A stretch of 59,581 nt of DNA, counting the filler, from Basidiobolus ranarum (Eukaryota), in assembly GCA_040143965.1 (NCBI GenBank). It is 10 parts of 10 records of this genome, joined end to end, with 100 filler letters (N's around TTAATTAATTAA, not from the genome) between each part and the next. Parts side by side here need not be neighbours in the genome. Positions count along the whole stretch, not along the records: positions 1 to 5,881 come from JASJQH010001475.1; positions 5,982 to 11,861 come from JASJQH010001476.1; positions 11,962 to 17,839 come from JASJQH010001477.1; 7 more parts are not named here. One strand, 5' to 3'. The position numbers and the translations under genes were made by a program. The notes under the pieces were generated by a model. The model saw only the letters and a program-made list of their open reading frames with translations, made no database searches and was not told the origin of the DNA. This document shows, one piece after another, positions 1 to 12,096 of the stretch. How positions within the stretch are numbered: the stretch's first letter is position 1; every line of letters begins with the position of its first letter.

Positions 1-2925
1 ACAACACTCAACCCCCCCCCCCCCGACCCGCCGGCCGGCGGCCCGCAGATGTTGCATAACCGTTGAGAATATAAGCATGGAAACAATATCCAAATCATAT
101 AGATACAACAATTACTACTATTTACTATATATTATGCTTGCACTCGGAGTATTCCCCCTTCGTTTTGCGGTATATCACATGCTATACCGTCTTATCACAT
201 AATCTGGTGCTAGTGCAGCTTTAGATTGAACTAGTGCTATACATACATCTAATACAGCACAGGGATGAGCAGGTTGGTCGCACTAAAAGAGTAAACAGAG
301 GTGACCATCAAGAGTCTACTTTTTCCCTGAAATGACAAAGTCGCTTCCTAAGTATCAACATAGATTGCTCAGGTTTCAATTGAGGTCATCTAACTATCAT
401 GATCTCTTTTCCACATTATTGAGGCTTCTGGGTTATAATGTGTTTCCTTCTAGAAATAGGAGAAAGGCATACCGTTGATTCTGAATTTGTAACAGTCATG
501 GTGTTTCGTGCTCTCTATGAGGAATAGCCAGAAGTCAACGATTAAAACATGCGTGTAACACCACTTAGTAACTAGGCAAAGTTATTTCCTGCAGTACACT
601 GTTACATAATTCTCTGTGGAATTCCATTGATCAACCTTTCGTATCACCCTACCTAGAATGTACAAATATGGTGAATTAAGACACTTCGTGTTTACTCTAC
701 GGTTCTTACTAGTAGTACCGAATTCATCCACATAGAGGCCCTATCGGGTAGCAATGAAGATTCTGATTGTCAGCAATTAGCGAGTTGCACCCGATAATAG
801 CTTTTTCCACACCTCCTTTACATAATTATGCTGAGCTGTTAAATGCTCATCTCAATAGTTACATTTGAATTCATAATAGGTACTACATTAAAAACGGAGT
901 GTCGACCCAATTGGCTAAATTACACTCTACGACAGTCTGCTGTACTACCGGGACACAGATAGTGGCTAATTGCAGGTTTTGCTAATGAATATTCCCTGAT
1001 TCCTCCAGTATAGCCTCCCACCCCTAGCCACCTGGAATATACATTTCTCCTTCACACGCGAGAGAAGTAGGTACTAGGGCTTAATGCAACCAACTAAATG
1101 GCATACTACTAGTATGAATCTTGATCTTTTAGTGTATCTTTAATAGATTCGAAACTACATAAGTTGGCCAGAGAAATACGAGATGCCATTTCTTTTGAAT
1201 GGATTCTCCAGTAAAATGGAGATTGGTCTTTTGGTGCAGATGTTTGCATATTATCAAAACAATCTATTGTTTAAATCGTGTGGATGTTTTTTGGTTTGTA
1301 AAGGAAATTTCTTTCACAGTGATTTTCTTACCTGGGAAAAGAATCCCTTTTGAGGCATGACATGTCCGTTTTTGATAACTCGTCTATGTTGTGGTAGTAC
1401 CAAAGTATTACTGATTATATGAGGGTCTTTCCATGCTGATTTTGATAATATTCGTATCACCAATGTACACAAAGTAAACTCTACACTCAGGGAATGATAC
1501 ATCCGCATCTCCAAGTCTTTAGAGGATCCTATCGGTTAGTTGTTGGCAAAGCGCATGTTTATTTATATTTTCAAGATTTCGTGTGATATTTCACTTACAA
1601 AGATACTTGTGGTTGGCAGAATAGCAATAATCATTTTTCAAGATGGTATTGTTTGTATTCAAGTTTGCTTAGCAAGTGGATTTCTTTGCCTCTAAGTTGC
1701 GTTCCATCTCCAATCTTTGTTCTGACGGAAAATCAATATAGACCATTGTATTCCTTGTTTCATCTTCAACCACTCTTCCATTTATATTTGGCTAATCAGC
1801 ATCCATTCTAACTTGCTAAAATGATAATACATGTATTGGAGTTGCTACTGCCATGATTTTTAACGAAATAATGTCCTGTCACTTCCATTAGAAAAACTCA
1901 ACCACATTCTCCCACTATCCTGGAAATCCTTTTTTTGCACCATGTTTTTCCTTCTCAATGTCCTATTTAACGCTTGGATAGAAGAGACAATCTGACTGCA
2001 TTGTACAGTGTATTTTTTTCATCATATGGTGACACAGATTTGATACCTTACCAATCTTCTAAATTGGTAATTAGCAACTCCTCCATATGACACTGATGTT
2101 TTTGGTTCTCTGTCAAATGACACTAACTGAGAAGATGCATTGAAGTGGGTCGTTTCTATTTTGTTACCTGTTAGATCAGCCAAGTCGCTCTGGGTAAGAT
2201 ACAACTGAAGAGGGGAAGATCCTACGTGAGGCTAAAGTTGTTCCCAGTTAACGTTGCACTGCTTCAAATGTGCTATGACCACATGGCCAGTTTACACCTG
2301 GATTTGTATCTATTATGCTTGCCTCAGTCATGAGGAGAAAATGGTTTTGTAGTGGTGATTAGGGCAGTAAACACCATTTAATAATTGTTAGTCATCTTAT
2401 ATTAAATCGGATGTTGCCTTTGAATCTACCAAAATTAGTGGTTCATGGATTCAGGATTCTCAGTTAGTATGGCTTGACTAAAAGGCATCACTATATTGCT
2501 AGCAAATAGTAATGGGGATGTATAAATTTCGATGGCTACAAGTAGATTGTATTCATCAGGAGTTTTCATACATTTTTGATTAAACTATTGGAATCTCATT
2601 GGAGACATGGTGCTGGAGAAGAAACAGATCTAAATATATGATTGGAGGTCAATGGATACGAGTCTGTTTATTTGATGGAGCAGCCAGCCAAATGTATTAA
2701 TTTATTAGTTGAGCAGGAGCTATTAGTTACCGAACCAGGAGATTTCATGTATTTGGCTTGGTAAAAGGTAGAGAAACCATTGTAGTGGAAATCTTAGTGT
2801 AAGCGACCTCCCTCTGGGCCCAATGGGATTCAGATGTACGACTACATCTCCAATGAGAGTCTATTTCGGTAGGGGTAGTGAAAGCATATTTCATTAAACA
2901 TTGCAAGGAATAGGCTAATTAAAAG

Positions 2926-2934
2926 TATATAAAA
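2926..2934 (+). promoter_or_regulatory. TATA box of arrestin gene
   Basis: TATATAAAA 40 bp upstream of ATG 2974. Confidence 0.5.
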
Positions 2935-2973
2935 GTCAACATCGCTCTGGCATAGGTATTTCATCCACTTCAA

Positions 2974-4084
2974 ATGGCTAAAAAGAAATTGTCTCTAAAA
3001 TTGTTGCTCGAAAGAGATATCCTAATATTCAATGGAACACCAGCCGAGTCAGTGGGCGCGTTGCTTAAAGGTAAAGTGGTTCTGGACTTGAAGGAGTCGT
3101 TAGACTTTATGTCTTTAGACCTGAACTTACGAGGGGTTTTCCATCACAACTGGAGCGAGAGTAAGTATTTGGTTCATGGTTTTGTGAGCTCTGATTTCAA
3201 AGCTAATAGTACCCTTGTTTAAAGTGCGCGGTAACCAACACGTTCTGCATTTCTCGAATACTGTTTTGATCAACGAGAGTTGGCACCTGGTGCGAGTTGA
3301 GCGAAAGAGCCACTATTTACCAGCTGGTATTCATACCTTTGACTTTGAGTATGTTTTCAATGGATCTTTACCTGAGACAATTCATTTGGATAACGGAGGA
3401 GTTGAATATAAATTACAAGCAACTCTACATCGAGGCTTTCTACGAGGGAATGTTATTGCACAAAAGGAGGTAGAAGTTCGTCGATACCTGCATTTTTTCA
3501 ATTCCGACTTCGATCAATCTACACAATTCTCCTCAGTATGGAACAATATGCTAAGCTACGATATCTGTCTGCCCAGTAAAATGGTGGGTCTTGACGAGTT
3601 TTTGCCCATCGGTCTCAAACTCTCTTCGATCTGTGATACAACCGAGGTACGTAAAGCAGGATGCTATATCAAGGAGATCATCACCAAGCATACACCTGAT
3701 ACCTATGCAGCTCATGTGGAAAATCGCTGGATAAAGCTGCTCAACATTGATCCCGAAGATTTAAATTCTTCCCAATACCACTCAATGAATGTATTCATCT
3801 CATCTCGGGATGTTCATATCACTTGCACCACCAAGTGGGTTACGGTAGATCATATCTTGGTTATCAAAATCAAATTGAAGGGGTTCTATTCGGGAACTCA
3901 GGTAGTTGCATTGGAAGTACCTTTTATGGTATTGTCGTCAAGTTCTAAAGATGTGACTCAATCGCTTCCAACTTATTCATTGTCTGATATCTCATCTAAT
4001 ACTGCAAGCTTACCCATGCTTCAGCCACCGCCTTCCTACACTAACGCAATCATTGAAATACCAAAATACTCCTTCACATCGTAA
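2974..4084 (+). CDS. alpha-arrestin (ART/Rod1/CreD-like ubiquitin-ligase adaptor); exons 2974-3160 and 3225-4084
   Basis: GTAAGT..AAAG intron 3161-3224 joins the two ORFs in frame; arrestin-N features (LKGKVVLDL, LPAGIHTFDFEY, LPET, GGVEYKLQATLHR); C-terminal PY motifs LPTY and PPPSY. Confidence 0.85.
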
Positions 4085-5881
4085 GTATAGACAGTTCTAC
4101 TCTAGATCGTTTACCATCAAGAATGCATATATATTACATGTAAGTAAACTAATGCCGATTCAAAATTGATGATATTACTGCTGTTATTCTGGAAGTGGCT
4201 GAGAGCATTGAAGTGGAAGTGGTTGTTGGGTTCGTCCAAACAAGTGATCCAATATTGCGGCATATCACTTGAGAAACCTATATTCCTACATCTCGCTACG
4301 TGTAGCTGATGATGTTGAGGAATGTAAACCATTACTGGATTGATCAATGAAACATCATTGACGAGTGATACATGTACATCCAATGGAATTGAATGTTTCG
4401 TAAGTGTGCCAAGCCATTTAAGAAACGAAAGCATTGACTGTTATTCCTGCCCATGATACGTGACAGCGCCTTTACAATGGAAACTAAGAAAACGCTTATT
4501 AACATTCCTGTCTCAATGCTATTTAAGCTTCAAACTTAAATTTAGCGACATTTCACCCTGTATTCTTAATCTTGGCACCCTTATTTGGATTTACCATGTA
4601 TAAAGTATTACATATGATTACCATCCGAATCCCAATGAGGGAGCATCGTTGAATACAGCACACTTCAGGCAATTTAGACCAAACGTACCAAATGTAATGA
4701 GTCGCAGTAAGCTTTGAATTTCTTCGAATGGTGGAGAGGCACCTGGCTCAAGGGAATCTGAGATGTATATATCTTGGAAAGCTTAATGTAGGGAGGTTTT
4801 CATGTCATTCGACTGAATATTCGTTCCAGCACCATTGGATTAGCGTTGCGCTTAAATATCCATTATAGATCCAGGTGGCATATTCACCTCTATGACTCTG
4901 GTTTGTTGGTGAGTTTCACTGTATCCTATCCTGCATGTTGCATCCAATCCCTTATCGCAATCGATTTCAGATGGGATGTTTAGGCTGAAACCAGATCAGC
5001 CATCATATAGCATGGTTGTATGCAATAGGTAATATGTAGGGAAATGTACTGAAAAAGACCATAACACTACTGATGTGTATTTGCAAACTATATGCAAAAT
5101 TGACTGTTCAGCCATGCAGTAGCATTTGAATAGTCACTTAGTCACAATTTAGGGTTAGGGTAGTGACCATAAAATATCAACAATAGTCAAGAGCGAATAT
5201 TTGGGAATATGGATGATTGAGAAATTCCCAACATATTTCAATGTAGGTTACCAAACTGAACCAAGACAGGATGGTTCAGGGTACACTTTCTATCTGTATA
5301 ATAATTACTCTCCTGAAGCATTCTCTTTGATATGTCCTGTGTTTGTTTGGAAGATAGTTCCTATCACAAATACCGATGAATATCAGGGCAGAACAATACC
5401 ATTAGCAAAGTTATAGACAGAATTTTCCATTTCAACTTTATTTTGTATAGAGACATTTCTTCACCAACACTTATAATATTATAAAACTAAAAGTATTGAA
5501 CTTCTGATAATTTATTGGATGCGTATCTAATATCTATTGATTGCCAGAGATTTGATTGGGCCAGCAAACAAGATTTATATGAAACACGTAATGACAATGG
5601 ATAACACCATAATGTTAAAATTTTGGATCCTTTATCACGTAGCATTTAGAAATAGAAACCAAAGCTGTTACTTGCAGAGGAAAGCACTCAGGAGATTATT
5701 TCTGAAATGTTGAGCAGTAGCATCTCGAATGGTCAACAGGAGTGATACATGAATATGTGATTTTTACTGATGATATTATATACAAGTGAGTGGATGAAAA
5801 TTGGTTTTTTGTGCCTCAGAGGAATAAATAAATAGGTGTCGGGGTGTATTTCAGCGGTGATTGAATAGACTTGAGATTTAG

Positions 5882-5981
5882 NNNNNNNNNNNNNNNNNNN
5901 NNNNNNNNNNNNNNNNNNNNNNNNNTTAATTAATTAANNNNNNNNNNNNNNNNNNNNNNNNNNNNNNNNNNNNNNNNNNNN
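5882..5981. other. artificial contig linker
   Basis: N-run + TTAATTAATTAA (stops in six frames) + N-run, 100 bp. Confidence 0.98.
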
Positions 5982-6443
5982 GTGTTACGTGATTTTGTAA
6001 CGTTTGTAGCTCCAGTTTCTCAATTGGTTCAGAACTTGGACCCGGTGGTCTAGTGGTGATACGTGGGGAATATGAGCCAGTTTGTCGACGATTGTAAGTA
6101 CTCAATGGTCTATCCTCATCAGGGAGAATATTGGGTCGTTTGGAAGTTGTAGGTGAGGTGGATTCTATATAGGTTACTTGTGAGATTTCGCAGAGGGTGA
6201 AGGACCTATATATGAAAAAGTGGTTCATTCAATACCTTGGTGACTTAATGCATCTTGTATATAGCTGGAATGAAGTTGTGGGGCTGGATCGAAACCATGC
6301 TCCAAATTAACATCAATTCGTTCAATTTCTTTCGTATGGTTGGGTGACTTGGTTCTACTACCAGGTGAAAGGGACACCCTCGTGTTGGATGAAGGCGCTC
6401 TTGGGGAAGTAGTCCTCTCGGAATCATATCTTCGGGAAGACAT
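5982..6443 (-). CDS. 5' part of an unknown gene with a Ser/Pro/Arg/Thr-rich N-terminus, truncated by contig end; exons 6443-6236 and 6164-5982
   Basis: ATG 6443 ORF joined in frame to the 5926-6228 ORF by a 71-nt GTATTG..TAG intron (6165-6235); no recognisable domain. Confidence 0.6.
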
Positions 6444-8982
6444 AGGCTTGATAAATTATCGTGGTAACAAAGTAGAAAATAGTAAAATGGTTCAATGGAT
6501 AATGTTGGGCGGAGGAAGAAGTGTTAGGTATTCAAGTGTGATCGATGACTCTCTTAAGGAAAAAAGAAGAGAGATTTCTTGGTAAATACTTCAGTGAACT
6601 AAGATGGAAAATCAAGTTGGCAAATATTAGACATATTGTATAATGAAATATATTCCAAGTGACAAGAATAAAGGAATACCTGGCGAGTAATAGTCAGAAA
6701 AAAGTTTGAGCTTTAACGTACATATTACGTGGAGACTTTGAATGATATAAAGGCCACCGTGAACTCAATAGTAGCTGCACTGAAGTGAAAAGGGAAAGAG
6801 AAAGGATATGGTGTGAGTGAAGAATCAAATTTGATGAAGGTAAGAGGAAAAGTCGTGTACAAAATGATACGAAACCTTTTTAGTATCTTGCTGGAACAGG
6901 GTTAGCAGATGAAGAATAGGGTTGGTACTCGATTTGGTGGGGTGGACTTGGTTCTTTGTCTCTGGGCTCTAAACTTTCCTCCTATTCTTCAGAATTGCCA
7001 TATATATACTCGATTACATCTCTGTGGAAAGGTGTTAAAAAGGAACCTGATAGACACTCGTGCTCGAGGATATTTTATTAACTTGTTTAAGAGAGGCTGA
7101 GTATCACAAAGGATGTAAAGCAATACAAAATAGCAGGACAGAATCCCAAATATGTCTCTGTAATTGGTCAAATGACAATTTCGTTAAAACCGCTAATCAC
7201 CGGCTGTTCTATGTCATACCTAAGTACTTGGTAAGCAATCTCAAATCTCAAGTCTCAAATCATACAAAATCAATGCTAAATGCACACTTTGTTTAATGAT
7301 AAGCACAATCTAAATAGCCATGTAACGAGTATAGTGGAGGTTTAGTTGTGAACTGGGGTTATCTATGTTATATCCTGTAGATGTAGCAAGTAAAATCAAT
7401 CGAATCTGTGGTAGCACGTACGCTAGCAAGGACAAGGGCACTTCCTTAATAGATTTATACGTTCACGTTTGGTACTAGTATATACTTGTCCTGATTGAAG
7501 TGAAACTAGTATTTCAAGTTCTGTGCAATGCCGCGGAAGAGTATGGTTGAGAAGGGGCGGTATTGAAGGTTAATGAATTCTGATTTTGAGATGCTCTCTA
7601 TGTAGTGTGTGGCGGTAGTGTTACACTATGCGGTTACACAGAAAATGAGTCAAGGGGATTGGCTGAGATATCAGCTTTAATCGTTACTAAATAGGGCCAA
7701 ATTGACTTAATGATTATCACAGATGGAATACAGAGAATTTATTGTATCAGCTCTAGCAAAGAAATTGTTAACATGTATTGATTAAACTATATCAGTAATT
7801 AGATGGACAGTAGGAAGGGCGTTAACAGTATGGGAATAGCAATGAGGGAAATCCTCTTAGAGCAAGCAAATTGATCTTCTGATAAGATATTTGATAATGC
7901 CAACCAACAAGCAGTCAAAAGGCACTAGTGGAGTAGTTCAACAGTTTATAAGGCCAGCTCATATTACAATACAGTGCTTAGATAACAAATTCCCACAGAA
8001 CATAATATATAATACCTGCTCTACTTCTATCTTGAATATAGCCTACTCTGATTTCTATCACCAAGATATGGAAATAAGGTTAAAGTAATGGAGTGCATTT
8101 GAAGTATTGAACGAGAGCTGAGAATCGTTGGATCATCAAGTAAAGGTGTGGCAAACGATCAGCTTTGTGGAGTAGATCCGATATAGTCTTAGGGTTAGGG
8201 CTTACGTATTAACAAACAAATATAACCACAATGGAATCCATTTGACATTCATTATATTTGGCATTCATTACGGATAGAGTTAGGTGAAGATTCGAAGGAT
8301 ACCATTATATCGAGTCTTTTATGGACTCTTATCAACGTCGCTATCCATATATCCATTTGTTTCAGATTAGCCAAAATGGTTCAGGATGCAGTTAAGGATA
8401 TATGAAGTATTCATGATAGCATTGTGCTACTACTGTTGCTACGATTGATGTTCATGTCTTGATCTCTAGTCCACGAGAGTCGATTCTCAACTGGTATTCA
8501 TCGCTTTGAAGAAGGAGATTGTTGAGGTTCAAACTCAGAACTGGTCTAGAATACATCTCTTGTATGACTTGATCAGCGCCACTATAATTAAAATTCATTT
8601 GCTAACATATATAGTTCAGTGGCTTAAATCCGAAAACCACCTTAATGGATGATGATTGGACGGCTTGGTTCTAATTCTTGCGCTTGTCAATACGATCATG
8701 GCTCAATATGGTTGTAGTTGTCTGGAGAAATCGGTCGAGGCAATGCTGTTTGGATTTTGAGTATTAACCGGAAACACATGAGAACCCGTGAGGACACATC
8801 GGTGAGTGCACGCTAACTCTCCATACGATGCACACACTGTTCCTTAATGAAAGCCTATGGTGTACCCCCATCCTGTGTACACGATCATCCTATTTTGGAC
8901 AGAGTAGAAAGAGTCTTTGGAATGGACTTTAAATAGTTAAAACTCATCCAGCTCCAATAAGATGACATGCTGGCTAGTTAAT

Positions 8983-9058
8983 GGGCGGTTGGGCCAATGA
9001 AAGTAGAGCGGTAGAGCAAAAACATAGGGTTAGGGATGGCTCTGCAAACAGATATAAA
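8983..9058 (+). promoter_or_regulatory. putative core promoter of C2H2 gene
   Basis: GGGCGG 8983-8988, CCAAT 8994-8998, TAGGGTTAGGG 9025-9035, TATAAA 9053-9058, ATG at 9114. Confidence 0.45.
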
Positions 9059-9113
9059 TCGGCCTCAGTGACTTTTTGACTTCCATCAAATCGTTCATTA
9101 GAACATTCATCCA

Positions 9114-10130
9114 ATGCTTCAAATGAATAGCTCCCATCTTTTCGACAAAATACCCCACACTTCTCCATTAAATGGGACTCATCTCAACTCAGAGGATGGC
9201 AACCTATTGGGCGTTGCATTTTCAATCACTTCTCAAGCCCCCGAACTTTTCTTAAATCAACCTAATATGAACAATAATCCACATCAATACTTCTCTAGTG
9301 ACGAGGACCACAGTCCCATCACTCCTGGTTTCTCTACTACCGCATTCTTGCCAAACCAAGATCCACGTTTCGGAATGTCTTCATTCCAAACGATGGTGGG
9401 GAGCAACATGGTCATGTCCAAGTCTCAAACTTCCCCACTCAACAGACAGTCAGGTCTTGAGAATCCAAATACAATGGAAGCGACAACAATGTCCTTTAGT
9501 TATGTCAAGCAAATGTGTATGGACTCACGAGCTCCAACTCCTCTGAATTATTTCCCCCAAATCCCGCCTCAACCGTACCCACTCCCCACTCCACCTCCCG
9601 AAAAAAATCAATATTTGAATCGCGGTAACGAGCATTGCATTCCATGGAGTAGCCAGGAGACTTCTAAATCGGAGTACACATGTCCGCCCTCCATGAATCC
9701 CTCTGGGGAATACCTTTACTCTCTTCAGAACCCAACAAATAAGCCATTCACTGTAGAAACACCATCGTTTAATGTTGGCTACATTCCGGGAAATTCGGAT
9801 CGTTCCTCCAACCCAAAAACCTCCAATGGACTACTGTATCCATGCATTTACCCTAACTGTCAGAAGTTCTTTACTTCTTTAAGTAATCTCCGTCTGCACA
9901 GTCGCATTCATTCTTCTGATCGGCCATTCAAATGTAATATCTGCTTGAAATTTTTCCTACGTAACCATGATCTCCGTCGTCATGAAAAGATCCATCTCGG
10001 ATTGAAGCCATACCCTTGCTCTAGGTGTGGCCGTTGCTTCGGACGCTCGGATGCCATGAAAAGGCATATGCTGATGAAGCGGTGTGCGGAGTCCAGTTCT
10101 AGAGTGAAGATGGAGGAGAATTCCGAATGA
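9114..10130 (+). CDS. C2H2 zinc-finger transcription factor, Crz1-like finger array
   Basis: Low-complexity N-terminus; C-terminal fingers CIYPNC..NLRLHSRIH, CNIC..RNHDLRRHEKIH, CSRC..RSDAMKRH resembling Crz1 (RxHDxxRH / RSDALxRH). Confidence 0.88.
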   Translation: MLQMNSSHLFDKIPHTSPLNGTHLNSEDGNLLGVAFSITSQAPELFLNQPNMNNNPHQYFSSDEDHSPITPGFSTTAFLPNQDPRFGMSSFQTMVGSNMVMSKSQTSPLNRQSGLENPNTMEATTMSFSYVKQMCMDSRAPTPLNYFPQIPPQPYPLPTPPPEKNQYLNRGNEHCIPWSSQETSKSEYTCPPSMNPSGEYLYSLQNPTNKPFTVETPSFNVGYIPGNSDRSSNPKTSNGLLYPCIYPNCQKFFTSLSNLRLHSRIHSSDRPFKCNICLKFFLRNHDLRRHEKIHLGLKPYPCSRCGRCFGRSDAMKRHMLMKRCAESSSRVKMEENSE

Positions 10131-11605
10131 TTAGAGTGTCGAGAACAGTAATTTGTGCATTTTGTAAATATACTTCATTTTGTGAAATATTAACCTTTCG
10201 TATTGAGCTGAGTTGAGTGATTGGTAACTAGTGATTAGTGATTCAATAAAAACTCTTGTACACACTGAACCTTTCTTGATTTCTGACTATTAATTCACCA
10301 TCATTCTAACTTTCGCATTATTAATTCCCCGCTATTTTTTATTTTCCCTTTATTTCCTTGATCCATCAGTCTAGAGCAATCAATGTTTTCCTATTTGTGG
10401 TTGCTCTTGACGCAAAGTTCTATACACGTCTGGTCCGTAGGGTCTGGTCGGTAAGCTTCATTCTGATTGGTGAACGAGTGCTGATCAATATGGATATATT
10501 CGGTAGCTCTATCTTGACGGAAACATTGGGCTGTTACGCTTATTCTATGTCATTAACAAAAGCTAGTACTTTAAGTTCTGGGCATCAAGGTCAACCAAAG
10601 CCAACTCCGGCTCATCCGTGGTCTATGGTGACTCCAATTACTCGTTAAGTACACATTTATTATGACGGATGTATTTGGAATTCGAAAGGGTTAAGCCATA
10701 TTTGTAGAGTTGGCACTTGTAATAGATTTCATTAAACCTTTAAAAACTGAGTGTCGGAGATCAAAGGCATCATCGTTCAGTGGGTATCAGAGATCATCGT
10801 TCATATTCGATATTCCAATACTAACGAGCGCCTAAATTCTGGTTTTCATGTAAACAGTCTCATGACTTCCAATAATGGGAATTTCTCCGTTGTCTTCACG
10901 ATTGAACCTGCATATACTAAACTTGCTTAATGGAATTGGTGAACCTACTTGAGTTAAACCTATCTCGATTGTTAACTGGTTAGTTCATCTTGTGCTAGAG
11001 AAGATTATATTAGACTGCGAGGGGAATACACACAACAGCTCGAGTTAAATGGGGTGCTGGTTAACTTGGCCCTTTCTTGATAATCTGATTTCTGCTGGGC
11101 TTCGTTCCTCTCTCTGCACCGGATGAGGGCACGTGAATACTCTATACGATGATCTTTGCGTGGTACAAGTGATGCTACATGAACTTTTAAGATAATAAAG
11201 GTGCGGCTCATTGGTTAGAAGTGATATATATCAGTTACAAAAATCATCATTCAATGTAATCATCAAGGTTAAGTATGCCTACAGCTTGACTATAGAAGAA
11301 TCCTGGAAATACTACTATCAGAATAATTCAATTGAATAGTAAAGGTGAAAATCAATCCGAACAAGTTTCTTGAAAATCTGAGTGTAACCTAGCATGTTTT
11401 GCTCTTATTTGGGCGTGATTATGAGCGTACGATATAGCACTTTTGGTTTCTCACTTTCGCTTACTAGTTACGCAGAGTGAGCTTTTCGACACATGTCAAG
11501 AATATTCCGTCCATTGGGTGAGATGTAAAGCCTCTGATCTATTCACTAAAGTATATAAAGTCCCATTAGTTTGGAATGTTTAAGCAAGCTCAGGCATATT
11601 TAGAA

Positions 11606-11861
11606 ATGAAGACTATCACCGCTTTGATCGCCCTTTGCAACGTAGTAGCCATGGTTCTGGGTAAGTTTTTCTCCTTGAGTTTCGCTTGTTCTAATTCCTG
11701 CTAATTTCTGTCCTTCAGCCAAGCCGATCCAAGACGATGGTAGTGCATACATCACTGATATTAGTCTCAAGGCATGCGATCGTATAAGTTGCGAGCTCCC
11801 TGAGCCCTGGCATCGTATTCCTCTAGACTTGAATAAGGGCGCTGGAGGGAAATACATCTAC
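11606..11861 (+). CDS. secreted protein with MABP/beta-prism-like motif (DLNKGAGGKYIY); 5' part only; exons 11606-11660 and 11719-11861
   Basis: TATATAAA ~11552, ATG 11606, signal peptide MKTITALIALCNVVAMVLA, GTAAGT..GCTAAT..CAG intron 11661-11718; exon 2 open to contig end: KPIQDDGSAYITDISLKACDRISCELPEPWHRIPLDLNKGAGGKYIY. Confidence 0.8.
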
Positions 11862-11961
11862 NNNNNNNNNNNNNNNNNNNNNNNNNNNNNNNNNNNNNNN
11901 NNNNNTTAATTAATTAANNNNNNNNNNNNNNNNNNNNNNNNNNNNNNNNNNNNNNNNNNNN
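11862..11961. other. artificial contig linker
   Basis: N-TTAATTAATTAA-N. Confidence 0.98.
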
Positions 11962-12061
11962 CTATAAATGTCAACTTTCTACTCAATAAATCAATAAGTG
12001 AAAACCACCAATTCCTCTAATTCTCCAAACCACTTCCAACAGGCTCCCAAATACTTTAACA
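11962..12061 (+). mobile_element. Copia LTR family A, 3' end
   Basis: Matches the 3' 100 bp of the full copy at 18559-18907; ends ..TTTAACA. Confidence 0.85.
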
Positions 12062-12096
12062 CTTTGAAGGTGCGGGTTCGAATCCCACTCTCATCA
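12062..12096 (+). pseudogene. 3' half of a tRNA-Leu-like gene (variable arm, T arm, acceptor strand), followed by TTTT
   Basis: CTTTGAAGGTGCGGGTTCGAATCCCACTCTCATCA-TTTT: perfect B-box GGTTCGAATCC; resembles eukaryotic tRNA-Leu 3' ends (CTTCGGAGGCGTGGGTTCGAATCCCACTCT..CA); Pol III-type T-run; no 5' half. Confidence 0.65.

Noticed and set aside
1..50. Poly-C/GC-rich start of the window
   Set aside because: At a contig end and compositionally unlike the rest; likely a low-quality read tail
1200..2300. Coding-like minus-strand composition, possible decayed gene
   Set aside because: Only short broken ORFs, with no identifiable motif
4117..4434. 105-aa minus-strand ORF after the arrestin gene
   Set aside because: No recognisable motif or splice support; compatible with chance
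11600..11857. 85-aa minus-strand ORF from the track
   Set aside because: Antisense shadow of the spliced plus-strand secreted gene
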